In this document: one piece after another, positions 1 through 10,300 of the stretch
How positions within the stretch are numbered: position 1 is the first letter of the stretch
How the letters are laid out: each line of letters begins with the position of its first letter
Assembly (NCBI GenBank): GCA_022565335.1
Contig: JAIUMY010000001.1
Span: 87,856 to 151,855, forward strand
DNA from: Opitutales bacterium
Lineage (GTDB): Bacteria > Verrucomicrobiota > Verrucomicrobiia > Opitutales > T3Sed10-336
Direction of reading: 5' to 3'
DNA: 64,000 nucleotides
Translations under genes and position numbers: made by a program
Notes under the pieces: generated by a model
What the model was told of the DNA's origin: nothing
The model's database searches: none
The model's input: the letters and a program-made list of their open reading frames with translations, nothing else

Positions 1-2
1 TT

Positions 3-473
3 TTCAAAAAACAAATTGCCGAGGGGGGACCGGTCAGGGTGACACATCCCGAAATCACCCGCTTTTTTATGACCATTCCGGAGGCCGTTGGTTTGATTCT
101 TCAGTGTGGAACCATTGGTCAGGAAGGCGGCGAGGTGTTTATCCTGGATATGGGAAAATCGGTTAAAATTATCGATTTGGCCAAAAAGATGATTGAGCTC
201 AGCGGATTGGAACCGGAGGTCGACATCGAAATTGAATTTACCGGTTTACGCCCCGGGGAAAAACTTTACGAGGAGCTCAGCCATGAAGGAGAGGATAAGG
301 CGAAAACCAGCCATCCCAAGATCTACTGCTTGCGGGACAATGGGGCCTCCTCTTTTGACGGTGAAGAGGTCTACAAGAAGCTTAATAAAAGAATCGGGAA
401 GGCCTCCGTCCAGGAACTCAAAAAACTCATTAAATCGTACATTCCGGAATACCATCCCCACTTGGAAGAGTAA
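3..473 (+). CDS. C-terminal part of CapD-like polysaccharide biosynthesis nucleoside-diphosphate sugar epimerase/dehydratase (5'-truncated by window edge)
   Basis: Frame is open from position 3 ([29 protein letters not shown]). It contains the GEVFILDMG and [12 protein letters not shown] motifs typical of the CapD/PglF family. Confidence 0.85.
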   Translation, partial: FKKQIAEGGPVRVTHPEITRFFMTIPEAVGLILQCGTIGQEGGEVFILDMGKSVKIIDLAKKMIELSGLEPEVDIEIEFTGLRPGEKLYEELSHEGEDKAKTSHPKIYCLRDNGASSFDGEEVYKKLNKRIGKASVQELKKLIKSYIPEYHPHLEE

Positions 474-542
474 TTGGAAACCGGTGGCAATGAAGAAGAA
501 TATTCGACCTCCTCTCGCCAGCATCAAGAACCGGTAGGTGGT

Positions 543-896
543 TCAAAAAAGAGTTTTCCATTCCGGTTCCCGAAAACCGACGGCACCGCCCTTGTTGGTT
601 AAAAGGAAGGGACGCTTGACCAGATTTCCGTTGCTTTCCAGGAGGGCAAAAGCTTCGTCTGTGGACATTTCTGAGAGCTTATCCTTCAACCCAAGAGCCC
701 GGTAATCCATCCCGGAGGTATTGAAAAGCTTACGGATTTCGCCGTTTTTATGCCTGAGCATTTGCGCTAATTCAGATTGCGTCGGCGGGGTTTCCCGAAT
801 GGGCTTTTCCTCAAAAGGAAGGCCCTGGCGCCTCAACCAGTCGGTAGCTTTCCGACAAGTGGAGCATTTTTGATAGGTATAGACCGTGGTTCCCAT
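543..896 (-). CDS. ArsC/Spx/MgsR-family thioredoxin-fold protein (YffB-like)
   Basis: From ATG 896: MGTTVYTYQKCSTCRKA (CxxC) ... LFNTSGMDYR ... LVKRPFL. The longer N-terminus in the ORF track overlaps the upstream SDR and is not used. Confidence 0.85.
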   Translation of the reverse strand: MGTTVYTYQKCSTCRKATDWLRRQGLPFEEKPIRETPPTQSELAQMLRHKNGEIRKLFNTSGMDYRALGLKDKLSEMSTDEAFALLESNGNLVKRPFLLTNKGGAVGFREPEWKTLF

Positions 897-913
897 AAAT
901 CCGGAAAAAGTTG

Positions 914-1627
914 TTAGAGTGGTCCAAGCTGGGGATTGAGAATGACCTCTTCCATAACAGTGCGGCCATGGAGAATCGAGGCTTGATAAACCACCCGCGC
1001 GATATCCTCGGCCGGCATCATGCGCTCCTCGGGCACTCCGGAACCTTCCCACGAGGGGGAAAAGGTGGGCCCGGGCGCAATGAGAGTGACTTTAATCCCG
1101 TGCTCCTTCATTTCCTCGCGCAACACTCTGGTGAGACCGGTAACCCCAAATTTGGCGGCGCAATAACCGCTCCCCCCCGGATACCCCTGAAGGCCGGCAA
1201 TTGATCCCATGTTAAAGATCTGCCCGGTTTTTCTTTGGACCATCCGTGACAGGAAGGCTTTGGTCACCAAAAAGACTGACCGCAGATTGGCCCCATAGAG
1301 TTTTTCGAAATCCTCCAAGCTGAAGTCCAAAAAACTATGAGGCACAAAACAGCCTGCATTGTTCACCAATATATCGGGAGTTCCCAGGGAGGAATTTACC
1401 TCGCGGGCAAGTTTTTCCACCTCCTCCGGACGGGTCACATCACAGGGGAAAACCTCCGCCCTTACCCCTTTAGCCGCAATCTCGCTCTGAACCTTTTTCA
1501 GGTTCTCGCAGTTACGAGCCACCAAGGCAAGATGAACGGAAGGATGTTGGCTAAATTCCCTGGCTATCGCCGCGCCTATTCCCTGGCTCGCCCCGGTGAT
1601 GAGGATGGTCTTCACTTGATTGGACAT
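914..1627 (-). CDS. SDR-family oxidoreductase, putative sepiapterin reductase (Chlorobium-type)
   Basis: Classical SDR motifs TGASQGIG, NNAG and YCAAK. The C-terminus MMPAEDIA...RTVMEEVILNPQLGPL resembles the Chlorobium tepidum sepiapterin reductase as I recall it. It lies 4 nt downstream of folE2. Family is secure; the specific function is inferred. Confidence 0.8.
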   Translation of the reverse strand: MSNQVKTILITGASQGIGAAIAREFSQHPSVHLALVARNCENLKKVQSEIAAKGVRAEVFPCDVTRPEEVEKLAREVNSSLGTPDILVNNAGCFVPHSFLDFSLEDFEKLYGANLRSVFLVTKAFLSRMVQRKTGQIFNMGSIAGLQGYPGGSGYCAAKFGVTGLTRVLREEMKEHGIKVTLIAPGPTFSPSWEGSGVPEERMMPAEDIARVVYQASILHGRTVMEEVILNPQLGPL

Positions 1628-1631
1628 AAAA

Positions 1632-2627
1632 TCAGCAAATCAAGTCCCGAAAATCCTCCATGTTTCCGGTAAATCCGCCGGGTATCCCCTTGGCAATCAT
1701 GGAGACAGCGTCATGGCTATGGAGGGATTCCAAATGCGCACAGGCGATTTCAAAATCGAGAATCCGGGGATCAGCGTCCAATTGCTCGTAGACCAAGCGC
1801 GCCGCATCCTCGACAAACTTGATACTGGCTCCGTTCATCTCGGCAAAGGCTTGCTCATCCTCCCGCTTAACCATGACCTGGGTTTCGGTCTGCAAGGCGG
1901 TGAGACAATGGCGTTGCAAGTCCTCAATGGGCATTTCCGCCTGCTCGGACAGAGCGACCCGAACACGGGCTTTGCTACGCTGCGAATGCGGAATTGCATA
2001 GATATTGCGGACCTCCCGGGCATGCTCCGCTAATTCCGCTGAACAGGGGCAGGCGGAGGAATACACATAGTCGAAATGAATGATTTTTCGAAAGTCCCCA
2101 TCGCGGTTCAAAATCCCCTCAAAGGCCACATCGTAATACTGATAGCCCTCCAAGTTGCTGCGCAGACTGGTTTGTAGGATGGGATAGGAAAAAGAGAGTT
2201 TGATACGGGCATCCAACGAATCGATGGTTTCCCGATAGTGCTCAACAATTTCCTGCAGGATATCCAGAGAGAAAGTGGCGTCCTTGTAGTCATAGAAGGA
2301 ACGCATAATTCGCGACATATTGATCCCCTTACGGGAGGCTTCCAAGGATACCGTTCCGGTCACACTGACCTCCAATACCAAAGGATCCTGCCCCGGGCGG
2401 GCAAACTTGAGAGGCAGACGGAAGTTGGAAATTCCCACCTGTTGGATCCCTACCCGCGCCCCCTGAATATGGGAAGCGGCCGCGTTTTGCATGTCAGGCA
2501 TACTTTCCCGGTACTCCGGGGAAATCTTAAAATTTTTATCGTAATTTCTAGTCATAAGTACATCCGACAAGGTCTCCGGATGATCGGTTTGGTGCAAATA
2601 CATTTTAGGTTTGAGTAGTGTAGACAT
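1632..2627 (-). CDS. folE2: GTP cyclohydrolase IB (FolE2/MptA family)
   Basis: Motifs [54 protein letters not shown] and ESLHSHDA. Start uncertain (TTG 2645 or ATG 2627). Confidence 0.92.
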   Translation of the reverse strand: MSTLLKPKMYLHQTDHPETLSDVLMTRNYDKNFKISPEYRESMPDMQNAAASHIQGARVGIQQVGISNFRLPLKFARPGQDPLVLEVSVTGTVSLEASRKGINMSRIMRSFYDYKDATFSLDILQEIVEHYRETIDSLDARIKLSFSYPILQTSLRSNLEGYQYYDVAFEGILNRDGDFRKIIHFDYVYSSACPCSAELAEHAREVRNIYAIPHSQRSKARVRVALSEQAEMPIEDLQRHCLTALQTETQVMVKREDEQAFAEMNGASIKFVEDAARLVYEQLDADPRILDFEIACAHLESLHSHDAVSMIAKGIPGGFTGNMEDFRDLIC

Positions 2628-2654
2628 GATGATGGTCCTTACCAAGTTGATTTT

Positions 2655-3128
2655 TCATTCACCGTAAAATTCAGCAAAGTTTCGCTCTGTTTCATACAAA
2701 CGTATCCGAAACAATTTTCCTTTCCCCAATCTTTTCTCCAACTGGCGCCAGAAGGCGATCACCAGATTCTCCGCCGAAGGGATAATACCTTTGAGAAAAT
2801 CGACTTCCAAATTTAAATTCCGATGATCACATTTCTCGACGATCTCCTCGTTGATGACCGTCTTAAGGCGGCCCAAATCAATGACGTAGCCGGTTTGCGG
2901 GTCAGGTTCACCCTTTAACGAAACCTCTAGGGTGTAATTGTGTCCATGCCACAGGGCATTGTTACACGACCCGTACTGCTCAGCGTTCCAACTGGATGGG
3001 AAATCCGTATTCTCCAAACGATGAGCGGCATTGAAATGCACCTTCCGCGTCACCACAACTTGTCCGGACAGGGATTTGTTGGTCTGGACAGGAGTGGGGA
3101 TTTCAGAGGGATGTGGCATTATGGACAT
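2655..3128 (-). CDS. 6-pyruvoyl-tetrahydropterin synthase family (T-fold), PTPS-II-type C-x5-HGH signature
   Basis: FNAAHRL, CNNALWHGHNY (2940-2966), TGYVIDL, DHRNLN, PSAENL and LYETERN. The C-x5-HGH spacing matches animal-type PTPS rather than QueD (C-x3-HGH). Confidence 0.9.
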   Translation of the reverse strand: MSIMPHPSEIPTPVQTNKSLSGQVVVTRKVHFNAAHRLENTDFPSSWNAEQYGSCNNALWHGHNYTLEVSLKGEPDPQTGYVIDLGRLKTVINEEIVEKCDHRNLNLEVDFLKGIIPSAENLVIAFWRQLEKRLGKGKLFRIRLYETERNFAEFYGE

Positions 3129-3465
3129 GGGGAACAGTGAAGGGAAAGACCTTCCGGGGTCAAACGGTCAAGAATATTTTTTAGATTTTTTTTGCGAAAA
3201 AGCAATAATAGAAACCCCTGCGCTTACCAAGCTCCCAGGGCAGACCTAAGCCCAGGGAAAGCGGTTTCCCTCGAAACGGTTCGGGATTCAAGGCAAAGCA
3301 ATACCCTTTCGGGGAGGAAAATACCTCTTTGAAAAAGTCCTGGAACCAAGAATTTTTCATCTTTTGAAAGATTGCGCTTGAAAATAAGCCCTGAAAAGAG
3401 GAGAACCATCTCTTTTGATCGTCTGCCGAAGTGCCGGTAACACCTAGAAATTCAACTAATCGTTC

Positions 3466-5229
3466 ATGCAGAGTTTTTCAGAGCAGTGTCTCGACATGGC
3501 CCGTTCCATTTTGGGTCATAACCTTAACGCCATCAATCCTGATGGAACCATAAGCCCTATCGAAGGTGAGCCCTCCCGACTAGACGAGTCTGGTCACGCC
3601 GCTCTGGCAATTGGTGAGTTCTTTCGGGCCACCGGGGAAACAAACCTGGAGGAATTTGATCTCATCGACCTCTCGGCACGCTGCATCACGCAGCAGGCTT
3701 TCCGCGAACCGCCACAGGAAAACGGTCTCGCTTTCGCCGCCCTCGGACTCCTGTCCTTTGGTCCGGCCAAGGAACGCAATCCTGTCTGGGAGCGTCTGGT
3801 CGAACAGACCCGGGAACAATTGGACCGCCTTCTTTTGGCGCGCAGCGATTACACCAACCACTGGCAGGCCTTCAACATCGCCAAGGCGGTGACCCGTTTT
3901 AGCATGGGGCTTTCCAAGAAGGACGAAACCGGCAAGCTCATCGACCGTTTCCTGGAGCGCATTGGGCAAAAAAGCTCGAACAATTTCTTTGACGACGGCT
4001 CCGAAACGATCGGCGGGACTTTCAATATTTACGGGGTTCTCAGTTTTGTCTTCATCCGCCAGGCCTTGCAATTGCATGCCAACCTGAATTTACGTGATCG
4101 CAAGCTTCCGAGTTTGCGCACTTTCGGGGAAAAATACCTCAAACTTCTTCCCGACCTGGTTCGTGAGGATGGCTTGGGGTGGAGTTATGGCCGGGGTCTT
4201 GGACTCTATGGCCAAATGCACCTGATCAGTTTGATTCTGCAGGGCATGCGTGACGGATGGATCGGAGCCGACAAATGGGAACAATACTCCGATCTCCTGC
4301 GTCGTCTTTTCCAATTCTTTTTCGTCAACTTCCTCGATCAGGAAAACGGCTATGTAGTCATCCGTGACGGCGAACGTGACACCATCGAGGAACATACCAC
4401 CCGCATGGGCAATTTCGATGCGGCCCGTTACCTCTGTCAGTGGTCCCGTCTCAGCCGCACCTTAAAAAGCCCTGCGGGAGCCACCAAACCCAAAAGCCCC
4501 ACCCGGGCCACCGGAAAATTCGTGGTTTTTGACAAATCCGCCCGCAAGGAGCAAGGGGTTTTCCTGTATCGTAATCCGGATTCCGGTTTACATCTGCAAT
4601 TGCCTCTATCCAGTCAGAACGGCAGTGGACTGGCCTCCACTCTGGCCTTCCCCCATGCCCAGGGCATCTTTGATTGGCCGGTAAATGCCTACCTGCCTGT
4701 TCTTGTACCGGAACTCAGTGTGGACGGCAAAAAATTTGTCCCCAGCTTTTACGGCAAACGTTGCGTCACCGGACTCGGCCTTCGCAACTCTTTTTATTTC
4801 CGCTACGAACAACCAGAGTGGATCACCAAGGATGAGGAAGTTGTCAACGGCCTCGGTTCGGTCAAAGTAAACTGGACTTTCAGTGGAGACAAAATCACCA
4901 GTGAATTCGCCTACACCGTAAAACAGAAGGTACAAATTGACTCCATGCGCTACTGCATGGCTCTCGCCTACCCCCATTCGACCTACACCTCCCCCAACAG
5001 CCTTGCCCTCGGTGCCGAAGGTCATCGTTGCAATGTTGAGAAAGACGATTTTCTGGCTACGTGGAAAGATACCGAAGTGGTCAGTGATGATCCTCAATTT
5101 AAAACCAACTGGGGCAATATTCATTATCTCCAGGTGCTGTCCCGGGACCATCCGCTAATTATGCGTCCGGGCAATGTTTACCGACTAACCGTTTCCTTCG
5201 AGCCCGATATTACTCTCGCCGAGGCCTGA
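3466..5229 (+). CDS. Conserved-looking hypothetical protein, 587 aa, no signal peptide
   Basis: Long clean ORF with coding-like composition. Its helical N-terminal two thirds and beta-rich C-terminal third are judged from the residue pattern. It ends 10 nt before hisF. Confidence 0.8.
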   Translation: MQSFSEQCLDMARSILGHNLNAINPDGTISPIEGEPSRLDESGHAALAIGEFFRATGETNLEEFDLIDLSARCITQQAFREPPQENGLAFAALGLLSFGPAKERNPVWERLVEQTREQLDRLLLARSDYTNHWQAFNIAKAVTRFSMGLSKKDETGKLIDRFLERIGQKSSNNFFDDGSETIGGTFNIYGVLSFVFIRQALQLHANLNLRDRKLPSLRTFGEKYLKLLPDLVREDGLGWSYGRGLGLYGQMHLISLILQGMRDGWIGADKWEQYSDLLRRLFQFFFVNFLDQENGYVVIRDGERDTIEEHTTRMGNFDAARYLCQWSRLSRTLKSPAGATKPKSPTRATGKFVVFDKSARKEQGVFLYRNPDSGLHLQLPLSSQNGSGLASTLAFPHAQGIFDWPVNAYLPVLVPELSVDGKKFVPSFYGKRCVTGLGLRNSFYFRYEQPEWITKDEEVVNGLGSVKVNWTFSGDKITSEFAYTVKQKVQIDSMRYCMALAYPHSTYTSPNSLALGAEGHRCNVEKDDFLATWKDTEVVSDDPQFKTNWGNIHYLQVLSRDHPLIMRPGNVYRLTVSFEPDITLAEA

Positions 5230-5239
5230 GTTTGCGAAA

Positions 5240-6028
5240 ATGCTTTGTCGCCGCATCATTCCCTGCCTGGATGTCAACGCCGGCCGGGTCGTCAAGGGGG
5301 TGAAGTTTAAAGAACTTCGCGATGCCGGAGATCCCGTGGAAGCGGCCAAAGCCTACGAGGCCCAAGGGGCGGATGAGCTGGTTTTTCTGGACATTACCGC
5401 CTCCAGCGACGAACGCGAGATCATACATAAGGTGGTAGAGGAAACGGCCTCCCATTGCTTTATGCCCCTCACGGTCGGCGGCGGATTGCGAAGTTTGGAG
5501 AACATTCGTTCCATGCTAAACGCCGGCGCGGATAAGGTCAGTCTCAACACGGCCGCTATTTTAAACCCCAACCTGATCCTCGAGTCGGCCCGGCATTTTG
5601 GAAACCAATGTATTGTCGTGGCGATTGACGCCAAGAAAAGTGAAACCTCCGACGAATGGGAAGTGTATACCCATGGAGGGCGAAAGCCCACTGGATTGGA
5701 AGTTCGCGATTGGGCCCGTAAAGCCACGAGTTTGGGGGCGGGGGAAATCCTCCTTACCAGCATGGACGGTGACGGCACGCAAGCCGGGTACGATGTGGGA
5801 TTAACCCGCGCGGTTAGCGAAGCGGTGGAGATTCCCGTCATCGCCTCCGGCGGGGCGGGCAAGATGGAGCATTTCCGCGAGGTTTTGGAAGAAGGAAAAG
5901 CCTCGGCGGTTCTGGCCGCTTCGCTCTTTCATTTTGGGACCTTCACCATTAGCGAAGTCAAAGCCTACCTACAAGCCAATGGACTCCCTGTCCGCGAGCT
6001 CCCGACCCGTCGCAAGAAGCCAATTTGA
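5240..6028 (+). CDS. hisF: Imidazole glycerol phosphate synthase cyclase subunit
   Basis: [54 protein letters not shown] and [10 protein letters not shown]. Confidence 0.97.
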   Translation: MLCRRIIPCLDVNAGRVVKGVKFKELRDAGDPVEAAKAYEAQGADELVFLDITASSDEREIIHKVVEETASHCFMPLTVGGGLRSLENIRSMLNAGADKVSLNTAAILNPNLILESARHFGNQCIVVAIDAKKSETSDEWEVYTHGGRKPTGLEVRDWARKATSLGAGEILLTSMDGDGTQAGYDVGLTRAVSEAVEIPVIASGGAGKMEHFREVLEEGKASAVLAASLFHFGTFTISEVKAYLQANGLPVRELPTRRKKPI

Positions 6029-6041
6029 ACCATCCTCCCCT

Positions 6042-7292
6042 CTACTGAGCTAGGGTGAGAAGAGTGTTCCGCAAAGTCCAGGCGGTGGTTTGCCCGGCGG
6101 CTTTACGCAGGATCTTTTTACGCAGTTCCTCCGCCCCGGAAACTTGCAAGCGCTCCGCCGCATCAGCAAAATGCAAGGCCACCCTCAGACGGTCAGAGGT
6201 ATAGGCTTTTTCCGCATAAGCCAACAGATTCGCCTTGTCTCCCGACAACTCTGCCAGACATTGGGCTTCTTCAGCCGGATGTAAGGGTACCAAATCACGG
6301 GTCTCGCCGGACCAAAAGCCGGTTTCCCCATAAGCAAAAGCCAAAACGGCGTGCTCCACTTCCCCATAGAGACAGCGCATTTCAGGATCATGGGTCAAGT
6401 GTTCGGGAAGTTTGACCCTAACCCGGCAATCATGAGCCGATGCGCCTTTGGCCAGGAGGCGGAGGGTTTCCTCGTAAAGAAAACGAACGGCCTCGGCATT
6501 TTTGCGGAGTTTTTGCCCGATTCTTGCCCGGCCCGACAAAGGTTCACCGTGGCAGGGAAGCAGATGTTCCGGCGGATTCTCCGCCAAAGCCTCTACCGCC
6601 TCCAACCAAGGCAAAGGATCACGGTACCGACCTCCCCCCAAACTTCCGAAATTGGGAAATTGGTCGGTGACCAAATTATGAGCGACCAGATTCAGGGAAG
6701 GAAAACGAAAAGCCAAGCCATCGTCGGTATCAAAAAAGCCTTTTTCGACCCGAATGGGGAGGCCGGCAAATTCCCCTTCTGCCCCGGGCAAAAGAGCATG
6801 AGTCAACTCAGCAAAAGCGCGGCCATCACGCCAAGCGCGGGCCGGGGCATGAACTGCCCCCTCTCCCTCCCGGGGAAGTCGCGAACCATTTTCCAAACTC
6901 ACCCGGTAGTGCCAGACCTCTTTGGCCAAGTCCCGGCTTTTCTGCAAATTCACCGGGATACGGGGATGCCCAATGATGGCGACCTCCTGTTTTTCCTCCA
7001 GCTCCTTTTCCAAAAGACCGCCGAGCCCTCCGGAGTAATGTGAATGCGTCAATAAAACCGCTCGAATCGGCTCTTCACTCACCTTCCGAACCATCCGGCG
7101 CAGGGCCCTGCCCTCTTCCCAACTGCTGCCAGCATCCACCACCACCAAACCGCCGTGTCCACGGACAAAGTGGCAATTGGCTAAACTCATCCCACGAACC
7201 GTGTAGATCCCCGGACAGGTTTCAATAATTTTGGGCTCGAGCGCTTTTCGGTACTGCTCAAGATCAGGATGCAAGGTGGGATCGTTAGGCAT
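6042..7292 (-). CDS. Metallo-beta-lactamase-fold alkyl/aryl sulfatase-like protein (SdsA1/BDS1 family) with dimerisation domain, no SCP2 domain
   Basis: GIYTVRG..LAN, LVVVDAG, IRAVLLTHSH, FPNFGSLGGGRYRDP, LLPCHGEP and YGEVEH..W.G pattern. The metal motif is altered (see findings). Confidence 0.75.
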   Translation of the reverse strand: MPNDPTLHPDLEQYRKALEPKIIETCPGIYTVRGMSLANCHFVRGHGGLVVVDAGSSWEEGRALRRMVRKVSEEPIRAVLLTHSHYSGGLGGLLEKELEEKQEVAIIGHPRIPVNLQKSRDLAKEVWHYRVSLENGSRLPREGEGAVHAPARAWRDGRAFAELTHALLPGAEGEFAGLPIRVEKGFFDTDDGLAFRFPSLNLVAHNLVTDQFPNFGSLGGGRYRDPLPWLEAVEALAENPPEHLLPCHGEPLSGRARIGQKLRKNAEAVRFLYEETLRLLAKGASAHDCRVRVKLPEHLTHDPEMRCLYGEVEHAVLAFAYGETGFWSGETRDLVPLHPAEEAQCLAELSGDKANLLAYAEKAYTSDRLRVALHFADAAERLQVSGAEELRKKILRKAAGQTTAWTLRNTLLTLAQ

Positions 7293-7331
7293 GAGGAATA
7301 AAAAGAAGGATCACAATCAGTATGAAAAAAC

Positions 7332-10300
7332 CTATTCGACGGACAAGCGAACCGCCTCCGAGTGGCTATTGAATTCCGGAGCATAAAAGGACTGCAGAGT
7401 GGCTATTCCACTGGAAAACTCACCCCGATGGCGGACCAAGTTGGAGTATTCAAACACATGCGTGCCCCGCGGCAGACGCTCGAAATAAAAATGACTGGCG
7501 GTATCGCGGGTGCTCTCGTAATACCACAGCCCATCCTGCGAGCGGTGACCACTCAATACATTGACCGGCTCCAGCCCACTGCCACGTCGATCCTTGAGAT
7601 GGACAAAATCCATATCCCGGTCGACGCGGATCACCAACCGGGAGACCACTTCCTGGCCAACCTCCAAGGGCCCATCGATTTCCACCAGCGTCGAGCCCTC
7701 CGGGCCGATTTGCCGCCGCAACAACTGCTTTTCCACCTGTAAAGGGGTTTCGGTGTGCGCTTTGATCTCGTCCAGGTCCTCCCAGTATTGCCAGTGCACG
7801 CTGCCCCAGGAAACGCCTTCATCGGGCTTGGAAGTCAGAATCTCTCCCATTTCCGGCCGCACTTCCGCCGCCGGATAGTTTTTTTCGTAGAAACCGGTTC
7901 CGGCCTCCACCCCTTCCGGCTCAATCCATTTATCCCCCAGCCGAACTCTCACCACCTCATCGGAGGCCAACCAATCACTGCCGCGCCGCAACAGAGCATA
8001 CACCGCATCAGCGGTTTCCCGGGTAGTTCGCCAAGCTTGCACCTGCCGTTGCTTCAAGAGCCAGGTGCGGGCTCCATCGACATATTTCTGATCGTCGGCG
8101 ATCTCCTCAAAAGCCTCGATCATCACCACCTGCGCGTCCACCGGTTGGCCAAACCATCGTGGCAAATCCCTTGCCCGACTCCAATAGATTCCCAGTTCCT
8201 TATCCTCAAAGGCTTGTTCGCGCAAACTGCGCAAAATCCGCTCCGGCAACTCCCGATCCAGCGTCCGCCAATCACGATGACGCACCATTCGGTGATACAC
8301 CAAGGCTAACTGTGCCATCTCCTGGGGATTCAGGCGCGTCCAATCCTCCAAGGCTTTCTCCAACCAAAAGGCATAGGCTTCACGGTGTTCCGCCCCGACG
8401 GGATGCTTCTCCTGAAAAAAGCTGCGGGCATACAAATGCTGCACTTCGTGCTGACCGAGGTAGGCGCGTTCCAAATTGCCCCGATCCTTCAATCGTTCAT
8501 ACCGTTCCGTCAAATTTCGGTCCAAGGGAGCCCAGGCCTTTAACGCCAACGATAAATCAGGATCCACCCCAAGATGTTGCAGCTTACCGAAACCGGTAAC
8601 GATCGAAAGAGTGATCTGCGGACTCCCCCGCCCCCCGGGAAACCACGGCCAAAGCCCGTCTTCTCTTTGCCATTCGGCAAGATTTTCCATAGCCCGGGAA
8701 CCTTCCCGCGCCAAACGCTCTTTTTGAAAAAAATTGCCCAGCAGTTGCCGCCGCTCGGACTCATCCTGTCCGCGTCGCAACCAAGGGGTTTCTTCCAGGG
8801 CAATTTGCCGCAAATCTTCATTGCGCTCCAGCGGACTTTTCAACACCTCCGCATCCTCAGCCCGCCATAGGCGGAAGACCCTTTCCACTTTAGGATCGGT
8901 TTGCGCAATATGGGCCGCCAGTTGATTGGCATAAAAACGCCGGAATTCCACATCCGCCGAGCGGTGTTCGCTCTCCATCAAATACGGCAACGACAAAACC
9001 GCCAACCAAGCGGGCTGGGAGGTCATCTGCACGGTGAGCCCCTGGTGTCGCAAAGTATCCGATTCGCCACTACCAAGAAGACTCGCGAAAGAAAAGCGTT
9101 TCTCGCCCTTTCCCCGCAAGGGAAGAGGCAAGGACTCGGTCAGGAGGATTCGCCGCGGCAAGACGGGCAGGTACCCTTCTTCCCCGTCCGATACCCGGCG
9201 GGAAGCGGCAACCGTCCGGTAAACCAGGAACTCCTCCCCTTCGGGCAATTCGATTTCCCAGAAGAAGGTTCGCGATTCCTCCGCCGGAATGGAAAAAGAC
9301 TGCACCGTTTCCTCATTCCCCAAAGCCTCATCCCGCGAGGCCATATCCCGGGCCCGGAAAAACTCCAGACGCACTTGCCCTTTTACCCGCTGCTTGGACT
9401 GGTTATTCACCTGCACCGGAAAACGAATGGTATCTCCCTCCCGCACAAATCGCGGCGCGAGCGGACGGGCCATCAACTCGCGGGACGTAATTACCGTATC
9501 CTCCAGATACCCCGAGCGCAGATCCTGATCATGGGCATAAGCCATAAACCGCCATTCGGTCAACGCCTCGGGCATGGTGAATTCCCATTCCACCATCCCT
9601 TCTTCATCGGTTTGCAATTGCGGAACGAAAAAGGCCGTTTCCTCCAAATTCCGCCGCAACGACACCACTTCCAAATCCACCTCCGGCATACCTTCTTCTT
9701 CCGTTGCGCCAAAGGTTTCACCCTCTGCCCTTTGCGGTACCGGGGCACTTTCCATCGCCACTTCCGAAGCGGCTGCATCGGCCACCATATCCACTTCGCC
9801 CCCTCGACTCATCATACGGTAGTGATGAGGTCTCGCCACCAACCAAGGAGCCAGGGCGGGGTACTCCCAAGCAATAATATCGCCCCACCGGAGCCGCAAA
9901 CCGTCCGGACGGATTTGGGCAAAGGTCATTTGCCGGGCCGCCGCGGTCCGACTCGAAAAAACCCGATACTGATTGAAAACCCCAAAGTTTTGGGGCCAGG
10001 AATGGGAACGAAACTGATCGAGCGAAGCATCATACAAAGCCGCGACCAACTCCCGTGGCGTCTCGGTGCCGTCCGGACCTTCGATACGAATGCGCCAACG
10101 TTGTTTCTCTCCCGGTTCGAGTTCCGAACGAAAGGTTTCCCACGATACCTGTAACTCCTTGTTGTCCCAGGGAACAGTAATTTGCTGCTGATGCTGATAC
10201 CATCGGTTTTCCCGGAAAAACGTAACCTGCACCAAAAAGCCGCCCCGCAGGTCCTCGGTAATTTCCTTGGTGAGCAAGTACTGAGTCGAACCGGGATCAG

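Noticed and set aside
3263-3278. parS-like imperfect palindrome GGTTTCCCTCGAAACG (gives VSRET in the 3224-3409 ORF)
   Set aside because: Only 11 of 16 positions match TGTTTCACGTGAAACA, the central bases break the symmetry, it is a single copy and no parAB is nearby.
3129-3465. Possible preQ1, pterin or folate riboswitch upstream of the pterin operon
   Set aside because: I could not find the conserved sequence or structure of any riboswitch I know; the region looks like an AT-rich divergent promoter.
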